Under the pieces are notes generated by a model. It saw nothing but the letters and a program-made list of their open reading frames with translations. It was not told the DNA's origin and searched no databases. A DNA stretch of 64,000 nucleotides from NCBI GenBank assembly GCA_013239625.1, contig MU054391.1, positions 9,333,095 through 9,397,094 of the forward strand, written 5' to 3'. This DNA is from Lama guanicoe. Lineage: Eukaryota. The translations under genes were made by a program, and so were the position numbers. Below, in pieces: positions 50,781 through 64,000 of the stretch (the stretch's first letter is position 1; each line of letters starts with the position of its first letter).

Positions 50781-52194
50781 TGCCTTTCCCAACATGGAAC
50801 ACAAGGGCAGAAACTCACCTGTGGTGGGTTTCAGATAAAGATACTGCTATTTCTAGGTGTTGGTTTGTGTCTGTTTTCTTCCAAATCCCTGCTACTCTGG
50901 GCTGGGGAAGAGAACTGTTTTAAGATCATTTCATGCAAATTATCTCAGTTAATCCTCATTGCACTACGATGGGTTCGGTGATATTAATTAAGTTACAGAG
51001 GAGGACACTGAAGCTCAGAAAGGTTAAGTAGCTTTTCTAGCGTGGCGCAACCAGCAAACCCTGGATCCTCCACTCCAAAACCCACGTCTTCTCAAACGCT
51101 GCGTCAGCTCGAGCATCCAGCCCTTCTCCGCAAAGCGCACACGACCTGGCAGGTTCTCAGTAACGGGGCAGCTGAGTCTGAGGCCCGGAGGCAAGGGAGG
51201 GTCTGATGAAGAGGAAGAGAAAGGAGTTCTTGGGATCAAGATGACAAAGCCCTGGGGTGGGGTCAGGGTGGAGATGGAGAAGGGAACAGAACGTGACTAT
51301 TGCGGAGTTCCCGGCAGGCGGTCATCTCAGCCTTACTGTGTGATGCTCCCTGCACGTAGTGGACATTTATGGAGCTGCGTTGCTTTGTTATCGCTGCCTT
51401 GCAAGTGTGCTGGCTCTCCAGAGTCTTCAGGGCCACCCAGATCTCCCTGTGGCGATTATTCTTAACTGCACCAGAGCCGTGTCTGCCAACTCCCCATTTT
51501 ACAATACGGAGCCTGAGACCCGAGGCATGGTCTTGGTTGCCCAGACAGAAAATGCTAATTCTGGAGAATTCCAGAGAATTCGGGGCTCAGCTTTGCCTCC
51601 ACCTTCCTAAAGGACTTTGCACAAGTCTTTAGCCTTACCTATGAGATGGGGGTTCTCCTCATTAAATTACTTCCAGCATGAGGTAGAAAATAATACATTA
51701 ATATAATACCACAGGAATTAAAGCATATTCCTTCATTAAACAAATTGGTGCTAACTTACTAGGGGTCATGATCCCACCCTGCCCACCTCACGTGGGGGCC
51801 AGCAGGCTCCAGTGAAAGGGGCACAGACCACCTTTGGAAAGATTCAAAACTTGAACGTAGGTAGATAATTGCATGATGGTTATACTTAACTATTATCTTG
51901 GCCTCTCACATTTGAATCTAATCCTTGAAGCTAATCCAGCACTTGGATCTAATCTCCCTAATTACCCTATGGATGGGATTTTATTATTCACATTTTATCG
52001 ATGAGCAAATTGAGGCTCAGAGGTATCAAGTGACCTTCCCAGGTAAAGGACAAATCATGAGTGGAAGAGAATGGCTTGCACCCATCTCTTCTGGTTCTGA
52101 AACATGTGCTCTGCTCCAAAAATATCTCTGGGCTAATGACCATATCCTTTATCCATAATGTCTACTATATTTTCCCTGTAAAAATCCAGTATCT

Positions 52195-55100
52195 TTTTTT
52201 AAACTTTGTATTTGGAAATAGTTTTATATTTACAGAAGATATAGAAAGACAGTCCAGAGTTTTTTTCCCCTTTTCCTTTCAACCAGTTTCCTCTAATGCT
52301 ACAAAACTTTGGTCTGTTTATTAAAACTAAGAAATCAAACTGATATTAAACTACAGATTTTATTAGAATTTCCTCAGTTTTTCCACGAATGCCCTGTTTC
52401 AGTTCCAGAATCCAGTCCAGGACACGATGTTGCATCTTTGGGATGCTGTTGGTCCAGAAGTTCTGGATTTGGGGGAAGGATACCGCAAGATGGGGGTGTC
52501 TTCATCACATCATCATGCTGGGGACACACAGGGGATCAGCATGACTTACGAATGCTGACTGTGACCTTCATCACTTGACGAAGGCGCTGTCTGATTTTCC
52601 CTTCCTATTCCCTATTTGCTAAAAGCAAGTTACCAAGCGCAGCTCACATTCAAGGGGACAGGTATTAAGCTCTGCCTTCTGGAGGGAAAAACATCAAAGA
52701 AGTTGTCGTCATATGTAAAGAGCACCGCAGTAACTAGTAAATGTGTGGGGAGGTACTTTGTGCCTATGCCAAAGTCCTGTTTCTCCTCAAAGTCTCGCTG
52801 ATGAATTTTAGATTTTATCCATTGATCCTGACTGCAGCTATTTTACCTGTTACTCTAATGGTGACTTTTAAATTTCCCTTCTTCCTTATACATTTATTAA
52901 TTGGAACTCTTCTGTAAGGAAGATTTGCCCCTCCTCCCCTATTAATTCACTCAGCCACATTTCATGCCGGAGAATTAGTTTCCTTTTCTCCCCCTGCCCC
53001 AGCCCTACATTCAGCCCTTTCTCCAAGGAGCCCTGGTTCCTTCTGCTGCAGGGTGGTGTTTAGAAACAAATATCTGGGGCTGGCTGTGCTCATTGCCATC
53101 GAGGTGTCCCTGCCTATAGGCTTTCCCAGCGGCCAGGGCTAGGAAACAGATGTGTAGACGGCCGTTCATGGATGCTGACAAAACTGTCCTTAACCAAATT
53201 TTTGTTGGGCTCCTCTGAGCCAGGTCTTCTTGGCCAGGTCTTGTTGCCCCATCCTGACCTTTGGCCTGGCCAACTCAGTCTTAGCAGCGAATCCTGCAAG
53301 GTGGTCTCCTCACCCTTGATATCGGATCATCCATGGTGTTTGGTCAAGTTCCTTATCCTCCACCTCTGATGTCTAAGCTCTGGATCTGCCTTCAGCAAGA
53401 ATCCAGTTAGGTCAGTTTAGCAAGAATCTCCGACCCTTGATTCATCCTTAGTAAATTTCCATCTACGGACCCCCTCCCTCTACTCGTTGGCTATGCGTCT
53501 CCAGCCGGCTTTGCTGTATTCAGAACTGAGCCCAGCCTCTCTTTGCTATTGCAACAGTCCTGAATAAAGTCTTCTTAACCATTTTTAACCAGCTTTAGAA
53601 TATTGCTTTTTCTGAAACAACATACACACACCTATAATTATTTCTGTAATTATCTAGCTGTACACACACTGACACATCAAAATAAACATGAGTTCATACT
53701 GATTCCTCCAAATCTAATCCAGCAACACAGGGTTCATGCTGACTTTCCTCCCTCTGGCTTATTTGTCTCTTCCTTCTCTGACAGTGAGAAACTCCACTCT
53801 CATTAGCTACAGTGTATGTACTTCTCTGTTACATCCTAGCAGTCATGTTAAGCAGTTTCAGAATTACTAACCCACACCCTGTGAGAAACAAACTTACCAG
53901 TCAGAGTACAGTGTTTGTGAGTAGTTCTTTCCTGTCTTTAACCTTGATATTCAGGCAAATCATTATTTTCTAAAGTTTCTTAGCTGAGGTTGGCTCCTTA
54001 TTCCCCACCACCTTCACACTGCCATACAGTTAGGTTCATTTGCCACGGATTGCATTTGGTGCTGGGTTTCCTGACACTCTTTATTAGAAGGATGTGCCCT
54101 TCTCCTCCTAAACTGCTGCAGTTTATGTCACAAACGGGTGTTAAATTCTGTCAAATGCTTTTTACGTCTCTATTGAGATGATCGTTCATAGTCTTCTTTG
54201 CTATCTTAATAAGTGAATTACATTGATCAAATTCCAAATTTTAAACCAACGTTGCATTCCTGAGATGAGACCCACTTGGTCATGATGCAGTAAGTACCCT
54301 TTTATATATTGAAGACTTTGATTTACTAGTAATTCCATTTTCCTATAATGTCTTTGTTTGGCTTTAGTATTATAGTGATGCTAACCTTATAAAGTGAGTT
54401 TGGAAGTGTTCCCTTTTCTATTTTCAGGATGAATTTGTATAGAATTAATATTATTTCTTTCTTAGATGTTTGGTATCATTCATCAGTGAAACCATTTGGG
54501 CCTTTAGCATATTAATTACGGTTATTTAAAATTCCTCGTTAGATAATTCCTACCACTGTGCCATGTCTGTATTGGTTTCTGATCATTGCTGCTTTCTTCG
54601 GGCGGGGTGGGGAGGGTTGCTTTTTCTTGCCTTTTCAGACATCCCCTGATTTTTTGTTGAAAGCAAGACATGAAAGTGTAGGGCAGGAGAGACTGAGGTA
54701 AACAGTTTTTATGTCTAGAAATGGATACACATTCCCTGTGGTTAAGTCTCTAGTGTCAGGTGCTGGGCTGGGTTGGAGACCTACTGTTGCCATAGTTACC
54801 ACCAGCCTACCACAGCCTTCAAACTTCCCGTAGAGACAGCTTGTGTCTAGGGCTCACCAGGCAGTGTCTGTCTGGTCTCCCCTTTGTGCTGTGACTCAGG
54901 AAGGGCCTCCTTCCACTTTCTTGTCCTCTGCTCTTCCTCTCCCAACAGCATCCTGCCCTGTCGTGGAAGCCTCTTTAGGTTGGTGGTGGGGATGGGGGTG
55001 GGAAGGTGCTGTCTCCGTAATTCCGACCTGGAGTTAATCTCAGGCGCCTGTCCCTCCTCCCTGGGTCCCTGGAGTGTGGCCTGTGGGCTGCTCCTGCCTC

Positions 55101-55760
55101 CTCCCTTCTGCAGTGGCGGGCCCAGCACCTGCTCCCTCCCCTCCCCCGGGGAGGAGTGGTCCTCCCCACTCCCTTCAGCTGCTGCCCTGAGAAGTCACCA
55201 ATGCCCACAGACAGCAGAGGGGACCTTCCCGGGGCCCAGAGTAGGGCTGCTCTTCTGTGGAGGACAGGGAGGGAGGCTGGGGCAGTTTCTTGTCCCTCTT
55301 CACGGCTGTTGTTTCTCTCACTCAGATCTTCTGAGGGATGGATGGGGTTCACAGGGCCTGTGGGAGAAGTCTGCAGGAAGATACAGACCCCCAAGTTCAG
55401 CAGCCACAGAGGTTCACCCTGTCCCTTTGGTCCACACCCAGCCTCCACCAATCTGACAGCTTTTCTGCTGAGGCCCCCCTACTCATGCTGTGTCGCCCCT
55501 CCACATGAGCACGTGTTCACAGCTTCTCTCCCTGAGGGCACTGTCTCTCCTGGGATGTCCCACAAGCTGTGACCTCTGTGACCTCAGCTCTCTGGTGGTC
55601 TCACAGTCATGAATTCAAAACAGGCCCCCTCTTTTTCCTGGCAGAGGTGGTGAGCCATGCCGCTTCCAGCCCTCTACGTCCTGGGGTGGAAGCTGGATTC
55701 ATATCTTTTTATGGTGAATTTTTATTTTGGTTCTTCAGGCTTAATTTGAATAAGCTAAAA
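52195..55760 (-). mobile_element. Old L1 (L1MC/MD-type) fragments
   Basis: Antisense 3'UTR motifs (ttctccaaggagccctggttcc) and ORF2-like motifs (ttgcattcctgagatgagacccacttggtcatga, ggaagtgttccc); right boundary uncertain. Confidence 0.6.
53176..53619 (+). mobile_element. ERV1-type solo LTR nested in the old L1
   Basis: TGACA...AACA termini, repeated ttagca(a/g)..gaatc / cccttgat motifs, AATAAA at 53563. Confidence 0.7.
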
Positions 55761-57149
55761 ACCTATCTTAATGGGAAGGTCTTATTCCGATTCACAGAAA
55801 TCTGTAAACTTTTTAAAAACTTTAAAAACTCATCATCATCAGTCTAACTCAGAGAAATCTCTTTTAACCACAGTACATGCCTAATTATAGAATTTCGGGG
55901 GATTATCACTTAGACCCAACAAACAGCAGCTCTGAAACTTCCTGGTTTTTTTAGGCTCCAGAGGCAATTAAAACCGAGAATAATGTGAATGTGGACAGAA
56001 AGCTTCCCTTTCTGGAATAACAAGAAACTGCTGCTACTGTGTGGAAATGGAGGAATCGTTCTATTTTTATTTTATTTATTTTACTTTTTGCCAGTTTAAT
56101 ACTGACAGTGGTTTTATTTTTAGTTCGTTTTTAATCAGTTGTGCAGAAGAGGAGAGTCAGAGTGCGTCCAAGGCAGGGAAAAAGTTATTCTAGGCAACTC
56201 TACACTGACGATAACCCGGGAAATGCTGAGTGGCGGTGGCTTTAACCAACGACTAACTCTACACTAGGAGTGGTAGTAAAGGTCAGCAAGGAGGTTACTG
56301 GGCCTTGAAGGGCCAGGGTCTGAGAGGCGAGGTGAAGAAGGAAGGGCAAATTCAGTAAAGAGGCTCCAGAAAGTTCTGTGGCTGGTCAGGGGGGTGTGGG
56401 CAGGGGAGCAGCAAGACAGAGCCGGGCGGCTGCTGGTGGAAGTTCTGGCTGCTGGCCGGGCAGTCTGGGGAGTCTGCACTCCGGGTTTCTACGCAGGGGA
56501 GATGCTCTGAGGAGATGAATCTTTAGAGCACAGTGGACGGAACCAAGGGCTCAAGTCGGGGCCGTGGAGTCCAGACGCTGGGGCAGACTGGGCGCGGAAG
56601 CAGGTGATACAGACCTGGCTGCCGTCCCAGCTCTGTGACTTCCTGGCTGTGTGACATCAGGCAAGTTACTTAACCTCTCTGACCTAGTTTCCTAGGGATA
56701 GTAAAACAGGGATACTGATCAGAAAGCACTGTGTACAGTCTAAATTAGAAAACTCACATAAGATGCTCAGCAGGGTGTCTGGCTCCTAGGAGGCAGTCAC
56801 TAGCTGATCATAATTCTTTAATCTTGTATCCAGCCAACGGCTACTGGAATCTTCTCTGTGCTGAGGGCTCTGCCCAGCAGTGCGGACACAGCAGGCAGGA
56901 AGACAGACATTGTCCCTGCCATTTTGTGGCTCAAAAACCCCGAGAACTACAGGTGGTCAGATGGCCAGAGAGCTGGTACAGGGAGTGAAACGCCCGCTGC
57001 AGTGGGGAGAGGAGGGCTGAGGAGCGGAGAGGGCAGAGCAGCCCTTCCAGGCACCTCCATCTCAGGTCCGTCCAAGCCTGAGGCTCTCTCCCTGCCCCCC
57101 AAGCCCCTCAAAGTGCAGGGCACGGGCCCAGCCTGGGAGAAGCAGCCCT

Positions 57150-57283
57150 CCCTCCCTCCCTCCCCACCCCCCTCACAGCCCGCACGCCAGCCTTCTCCAT
57201 CAGCCCGGCCCCGCCCCCAGGCCCAGAAGGGCTAAACCGCAGCGAGCGGTCCCCGCCCTCTTTGTTCAACGCACAGTGTGAGT
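57150..57283 (+). promoter_or_regulatory. Candidate GC-box promoter and first exon
   Basis: Local CpG enrichment, GC boxes at about 57209 and 57251, CTTTGTT, and a consensus donor GTGAGT at 57278. Confidence 0.3.
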
Positions 57284-60200
57284 CGTGCGCTGATGAGGAG
57301 CCCTCCGAGTGTTAGGGCTCAGTCGGACAAGACACCGTTCCTCCCTCAGCGAGCTGGGTCTGGACAACTGCGGGCGATTATAAGGCCCTGTGATGAGTGT
57401 GTGGCAGAGAAGGGGGTGCCGGGCGGCACAGAGGAGAGGCTCCCAACCCAGCCAGGAGCAGGGCGGGGCCCAGGAGCCTTCTTAAAGGAAGTGGTGCCTA
57501 AGGAACCCCGAGGAAGCCTAGGAGTCCACTAGGTGAGGGGTCTGTGGCAGGGAAAGAAGCCGGAGGTGAAGAGAGGATGTGATATGTGAAGACCTGGAAA
57601 CTGCTGGGAACAGCTGAGCTTTCTCCAAACCTGGGCCGCTGCCTCGTCTGCCACTTCCAACCAGAACTCCATGCCTGCAGCTGCAGCCTGTCACCTGCAC
57701 TGCTGCAGCTCCCAGGTGCCCGTCACCTGCCTGCCAAGAGCTCAGGTGTCACCTGCGCTGACTCCCCAGGGCCATGTTACAGCCACCTGTAGGGCCACAC
57801 CACTCCCTCCTGCCAGGCCTTCTCCATGCCTCCACCTGCTTGGGTGACTGCATCTCACCCCCTTTGTCATTATCCTCTCCCAGCCTTGTCTTCAGGGGCC
57901 CCTCCCACCTCCTACCCTGGGAGCATCCGCGCCGCTCAGCCAGTGCTCGGCCCACCAAACCCCGTGGGTGTGGCTCCTCTGAGCTCAGACTAGGGGAGGA
58001 GGGGGGTTTCTGGCTGTGGGGGCTTCCTGAGGGCTAGAACACCCTCCTCCCATCATGTCAGCACCACCACAGGCCCTGTGAATCAAAAACAAGAATCCGA
58101 GGCAATTTTCTCTCTGACAGGGTGCTGAATTCCCAACCAAGGGAGCCAGAGGCTGGTGGAGAGCCTGAGACAGCCCTGCTCCTCCAGGGCCTCCGTCAGG
58201 AGATGGAGAGAAGCACCCAGCACCTCCAACTCGGACCACAGCCACCCACGCGCTGAGCAGGGGGACCGTGCTTGTAAACAAGCCAGTGACAGGCCCTGGG
58301 CCACCAACAGATGCCTGAGGAGCTGACAAAGAGAGGCAGACAAGAGCTGGAACAAACCATTGTCCACATGGGGATGTCAAGCCCGAGGCGCTGGGGCTGT
58401 GGACTCTCTACTCCTGGCGGCCCCAGACAGCCCAGCCCAGCCCGGGTCAGGCAGCCGGAGGCCTTACAGGCTCTGGCCTGGAGCCTCCCCACCTGGATTT
58501 AGCCCCATCTGCAATTTTGATGGACATGTGGCCTCGGGCCAGTTCCCTCTCCTCTCTGCCCCTCGGGTGCATCCTCTGAATTGTCCAAAACCCCAGCTTT
58601 CTTCCTCACGTGAGGTCTCTGTGACTTGCTTCCCATCTCACTCAAGTCCCTCCTCTGCAGGAGCGCCACCGCAGACACCCCGACACAGCCCCAGACAGAG
58701 AGCAGCCCTCCTCTAACTCCCACTACGTTTTATATAGACTTCAAAAAAAAGGGGGGGTTTGTTTTCCTTTTGTTAAGAACTGGAATCCCTGCAATAGGTT
58801 CACAGTCTTTTATCCAAAACCTTTAGGGCTTCCAAATTTAGTTTTCGGGGAGGGATTACTCATAATGTCTGCCGCGTGACACCCAGCTGAGCCTCGGGCA
58901 GCACCCAAGCATCCCACCATCAAACAGTAGCATTTCTGCAGCAAAGCAGACGAATACGCACAGGAAATGGGATAAAAATAACTCAGCTCAAAAAAAAAAA
59001 AAACCACACAGGATGAGAAGTGTTCGTGCGAACGTGGCTGCTGGCCTGCGGCTGCCGGGCAGACCCAGCCCCAACATCTGGAATCTGGGTTCCATTAGGA
59101 TTTCTCCTTGACCCTCTGTACCTGGGCAAGCTCTTTAACCTGAGCCTCAGTTCTCGTGTCTGGAAACAGAGATCATAATATTGACCACAGGCTCCTAAAG
59201 ATGGAATGAGACAAGGGACGGCAGAAGGAGGTGGGGGTGATAGAAACCTAAGGAGGAGGGGGCGGGGCACTCTCGGCCCACGCATCCCTGTTGTCCCCAC
59301 CCGGTTGTGTTCAGGGTCTGCTTGCCTGAACCACCCCCCTCCGTGGTAAGCCCCTCAGGGCACCTGTTGCGCGTTTTCTTTCCATATTTCAGTATCTAGC
59401 AGAGCATCTTGCAAATAATGGGGCCTCAAAAAATGCTTGCTGAATGAATGACAGAATGACTTACAGAGGATGCACTTGACCATCATTTGGTGGCTGAACA
59501 ATGAACACATCCTGCACCCTCCTGTGGCCCCAAGACAGTGGCCTCTTCTCCAGCTGTCTGTCCTCCACGCAGCCACCCTCAGCCAGTCACAGCCACTGTG
59601 ATAACAGCCACAGAACCAGCCACAGATCGGTCAGAACAGAGTCCACCAGGTGAATTGTGTGCAGAATTCAGAGGCACACTGGGGTTCCACGGAGAGAAAA
59701 GAAGGGGCCCGGGTACAGATCACGGGCCGGAGCAGAGGATTCTGAGTTGGACATACTCGGTTGTGAATTCCAGCTTGGCCACCTCCCAGGTGTGGTTCTG
59801 CGGCAAGAGACCTAACCCTCGGAGGGCCTTGGTTTCCTTTATAATGAAAGTAATAGTAAAACCTGCCTCCCGGAGTTGTTCACGTCAAAAACACAAAGCA
59901 AGCAGCCAGAAGCAGCTGTTACTTCACACTGCAGACGACTTTAGAGCGAGACGCAGTCTTACACCATCACCATGATTAGGTTAATTGCTTCAATACAGAC
60001 GGCAATTAAAGCTCCTATATTTGTCTCGGGCATTTATCGCTTACTGTTTGATACCATCCTGCATGTCACCGTAGGTCTTTGCTCAAGTCAGTGATTGATG
60101 GACGGCAGACACCCATTAAGGAGCAGCCCCGACTCACTGCGTCCTCCCTGCCTCTCTCTCGAAGTTCAAGAATGTTCTACCTTCTCAGAGTGTTCAAGCC

Positions 60201-61594
60201 CTACCCACTTTTTCAAGGGACAGTTAAAATGAGGTCTTTCCCATAAAACCTTCCTTTCTTGTCCCCCAGCTGTAAATGCCCTCTTACCCCCTGTGCCTCC
60301 TGTAAGACCCCATCACAGTGCGACAGTGACAGTGGACTTCTCACAACACTCCTTCTTGACTTTGAACATCTGGTCGGCAGGGGCCAGGTTTTACTCACCT
60401 CTGTCTCTCTCATTCCCAGCACAGAGGCTGGCACTTAAAATACCCCCCAGCGACTAAGCGATCCCATTAGACACAGATGTGAGGGGAAGAAGCCGCTAGA
60501 TCATGAGTTGCAAAAGCAAGCAATAAATACAGCCCCTCTCTTTTCAGTGGGACATTTACGTACCGAGATCACACCCACGGGCTTGCCTTGACTGCCCTGG
60601 TTTTCAAGCTGAAGTCTGAGGCCTCTAGAGGTATTAGAGACTTTCCCCAAACTCTCAGGGCAGGCAGAATGTTGATGGATTCGATTTCCCAATCCTGGAC
60701 GTCTAAACACGCTTTCCTCAGAGTCTGCCCAGGAACACACCACGGTAGAGGCTGGCACCATGGTGGCATCTCCCACCTCCCCTTTCGCAGCCATCCTGCA
60801 CCCACCGCGAAAAGCAAGCTGTGCCTCTTACCCCTAGGAAGCCCCCCCGCCCCGTGCCGAGCTGCCTCTGGAGCACAAAACAAAGAGGTTTCGCAACTAT
60901 CAGCTGCCTCCTTGAATCATGGCGCTGTGAATCCCTCTGGTCCGTCTCACAGACACGTAACTTCCAATAAAATGTACTTTCCACATTCAATTAGTAAATA
61001 GACAAATTTGCTATATACATATATATATAGTGATGAATTGCATATTAAAAATAATTGTAATAGTAATCCAATGCAGAAAAAAATGTTAACACTTAAGAGC
61101 CTTAATAATGAAGGAAATTTACAAATTACATTGTAAATTATGTACATATTTTTGTTGCAGAAATTTATAATAGGATGATGAATAAAAGACTTTTAAGTGT
61201 AATAGTGTGTTATGTTAATTTAAAAGTTTGAAGGGGGAGAGATACACAAATATACTGTCAGGAGAAGAAGGAACCATGTAAATTTACAACTGTTAAAAAT
61301 AGTTTAATGAATGATGGGAAGTAGAAAATCACTATGGTTTTTCTATTCCATTAAATGCATTAAAAGAAGCGATGGAATGTTTGTATTATAAAATGTCGGT
61401 ATTTTATGGTAAGTCAGAAACACTGTCATTGGCAGCTCCTTATAAGCATGATGGAAACGTCTGGATATGTACACTGATTTTAAAATTACTTTAGGGGTAC
61501 ACCATGTTTCTCTCAAATGGACTTCTGCATTTGAATAAGCAAATGACCTGTTGAAACTTGAGAAATCAAAGGTGAAAGAAGGAAAATCGAACTT

Positions 61595-61901
61595 CTTGAG
61601 ACTGAATGTGTCCCTCCCAGAATTCCTAAGTTGAAACCTAGTCCCCAGTGTGATGGTATTAGGAGGTGCAGCCTGTCGGGGTGATTAGGTCATGAGAGTA
61701 GAGTCCTAAATAGTGAGACTGGTGTCCTTACACAAGGGAGCTCCCTCACGCCTTCCATCACATGAGGACACAGTGAGAGACGACTGTGTGTGAAACGAAG
61801 CAGATTCGCACAAGGTGCTGAATCCGGCGGCGCCTCGAGCTTGAACCCCAAGCCATCCAGTTGATGGTATTGTGTTGTAGGAGCCCAAATAAACCAAGAC
61901 A
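61595..61901 (+). mobile_element. MLT1A-like MaLR solo LTR
   Basis: gactgaatgtgtccc..gttgaaaccta..gtgatggtattaggaggt..gtgattaggtcatgag..aagaca. Confidence 0.85.
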
Positions 61902-62244
61902 CTAATGGTGAAATAGAAAGTCAAAGAAATTAACACGGCGCGCAGAGGGTAGGTGGGAGGGAGCCAAGCGCCCCCAATTCCTGCTGTGCCTCCACCTCCA
62001 AGTCACCAGAGATCTTGAACAATTCCTTCCCTTCTCTGAGCCTTGGCTCACTAAGAAAGTAAGAGAGGTGGACAGGAAGTTCTACAAGGCTATTTGTAGA
62101 CTTAAAATGATTCATTACCTAATTTCCTGGAAAGCAGTGCCAGCTCAGAGACGTAAAACAAACCTACCCTGTGCCTAGCTGATATGCTCGGCATCTGACC
62201 TAACTTCTCCGAGGAGTCCCCTCACCTGTGAAGTGGGGTGACAA

Positions 62245-62302
62245 TACCCAGGCCCCCGTGCATGCTGAGCTTGCGCTCTCGCACTGAGCTATACCCTCCC
62301 CC
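62245..62302 (-). mobile_element. Truncated tRNA-derived SINE
   Basis: ctgagctataccctccccc is the reverse complement of the SINE head. Confidence 0.7.
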
Positions 62303-64000
62303 TATAACCTCCCCCCAGAAACAACAATTTAAAGCAGCACCTCCTACACTGTGCTCCATTGAAAACCAAGGTTTTCACACAAGGTTAACCGAAACTCCAA
62401 AAGCAAAAACAATAGAAAAAATTGTGGAGACCAAATAAATTTGGAACTGGGATGATCACTCTTGAAGATTCAGATGTTCTTTGAAATGGTAAAAGGTTTT
62501 TTTAAAAGCCCTGTAGCAAAGGCGTTAACATTGAGATACAGTTTCTGATCTGGGGACATGTTATTCATTATGTCTGGCACTGGGTAAATGACATTCATCA
62601 ACAGCTACCTGTGTGATCTCGGGATGAGATCACTCGAAGTGATGGTGTCAAAAAGAAGAGAAGAAAACCAAGGATGAATCATGAACAAGCACCAACACTT
62701 CAGGGGTGAGCAGAGGAAAAGACCAGACAAAAGTTTAAGAAGAACCCAGTGGAGCTACGATGGAAGAAACACCAAGAGAGGGTGGAGATTTAGACGCCAA
62801 AGAGGAGAAAATTTCAAGAAAGAAGCCATGATCAGGAGGGGTACCCACTTCTGAAGGATGGAGAAGTGTCAGACCGAGGTAAGAAGAGTGTGTTCTTACA
62901 CCAGTAAGAACCAGTGGCTTCTCAGAGAGAGTGGTGCAGTGCAGTGGGCGGGATGTAACCTCAAGAGCCCTTCCGCTTCCTTCTGTTCACCCTCCTCTTC
63001 CTCTTCCTGAACAGTTCAGTCCTAAAGCCACAGCATGGGGCTGAGCAGGGCTGGGGGAGTGAGGGTGTGGAGGAGATGCAGTGCCCCCTTGCGGGGTATG
63101 GGAGCCAGAGAAGGGGAAGGGAAGTCTGTTCAGGATGAGGGTGGACCACCAAAAGCAGGATGTTGGGGACTGAGCTGGGTGGGGCGGAGGGGGCGGGGGG
63201 AGCAGCGCAGCCCAGCCTGGGTGAAGACCCTGGGTAGGGCTGGTGGGGCGGGGGAGATGGCAAAGGTGAGAGGTTACATACAGGGACAGATAAAATAAGA
63301 AAACACATTACCATAACAGGAGATTTCTCACTTTTAGAGAAGGGAGTTACGAACATGGAAAGGGAAAAAACTAGAAAAGAATGTGTTCTGTTAAATTGGA
63401 ATTATACCTATTGTGTGAATTGATGGTTTCCAATATCCAGCATGTCCCAAAACGTAGGTTGTAGTTTTAAGCTTTAATAACTTCAGAGCAAAATGCTGCA
63501 AAGTTACAAAACATACCATTTGAAAGATTAACTATTTACATTTCTTTTCCATGCATTTAGTTTGTGACTGTTGAACTGCAAAGTTCTCATTTTCTCAGTC
63601 CTTCTGAAGATGGAGAACATGGACCAAAAAGTTTAAAACCTATTGTTCAGAAAATTTTAAATGCAGTAAGTATAAAAGATTTAAATAATCAAACCTTCCA
63701 GTAATGATTTTTGTTAAGTTCACAGTAATTTTGCTTCTGACACTGTTAAAGCTTAAAACATTGCTAAAAAGATGCTGTTGGGGTGACACTCTTCCTAGAT
63801 CCTCTCAATGGATACAGCTAGGGAACGTGTATAGGACATGTCTGTGTGTTTGTTCCTGTGTGTACATACAACATGTACGCTACACACAGGTACAACTGTA
63901 TTTTTCATCTGTAGATATAAATGTTCTGCACTGTAGCAACGAGCACCACTAGCACCCAAAACTTGGTTTGTAAAGATCATTCTTCATTAAAAGAAATACT

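Noticed and set aside
54843..55572. Overlapping 138-190 aa ORFs
   Set aside because: GC-rich sequence probably belonging to old L1 material, open in several frames on both strands, with no recognisable domain.
60930..61560. AT-rich stretch suggestive of a hAT-Charlie fossil
   Set aside because: Termini and family could not be supported by eye.

Overview
Mammalian genomic DNA, probably camelid, inferred from the tRNA-derived SINEs beginning GGGGAGGGTATAGCTCAG and the cetartiodactyl-type L1 3' tails. No intact host protein-coding gene is visible, and the ORF-track entries are chance ORFs, repeat-derived or N-gap artefacts. The main discovery is a multi-exon fossil gene on the minus strand across about 26265 to 17, continuing off the left edge. 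Its roughly 14 exon-like segments, translated by hand across frameshifts and stops, follow the class I PI3K catalytic subunit (p110) domain order: adaptor-binding, Ras-binding, C2, helical, kinase. It is very divergent from p110 alpha/beta/delta/gamma, has introns, carries many disabling mutations and lacks the catalytic motifs. It looks like a dead, ancient extra p110-like paralogue that may have been a pseudokinase. The rest of the window is transposon-rich (L1, L2, MIR, ERV1 and MaLR solo LTRs, hAT and Tigger fossils, SINEs). It also has a 206-bp tandem duplication, a 732-N gap flanked by a probable allelic false duplication, and a candidate promoter/first exon near 57.2 kb. All protein comparisons are by eye against p110 sequences recalled from memory; no search was run.
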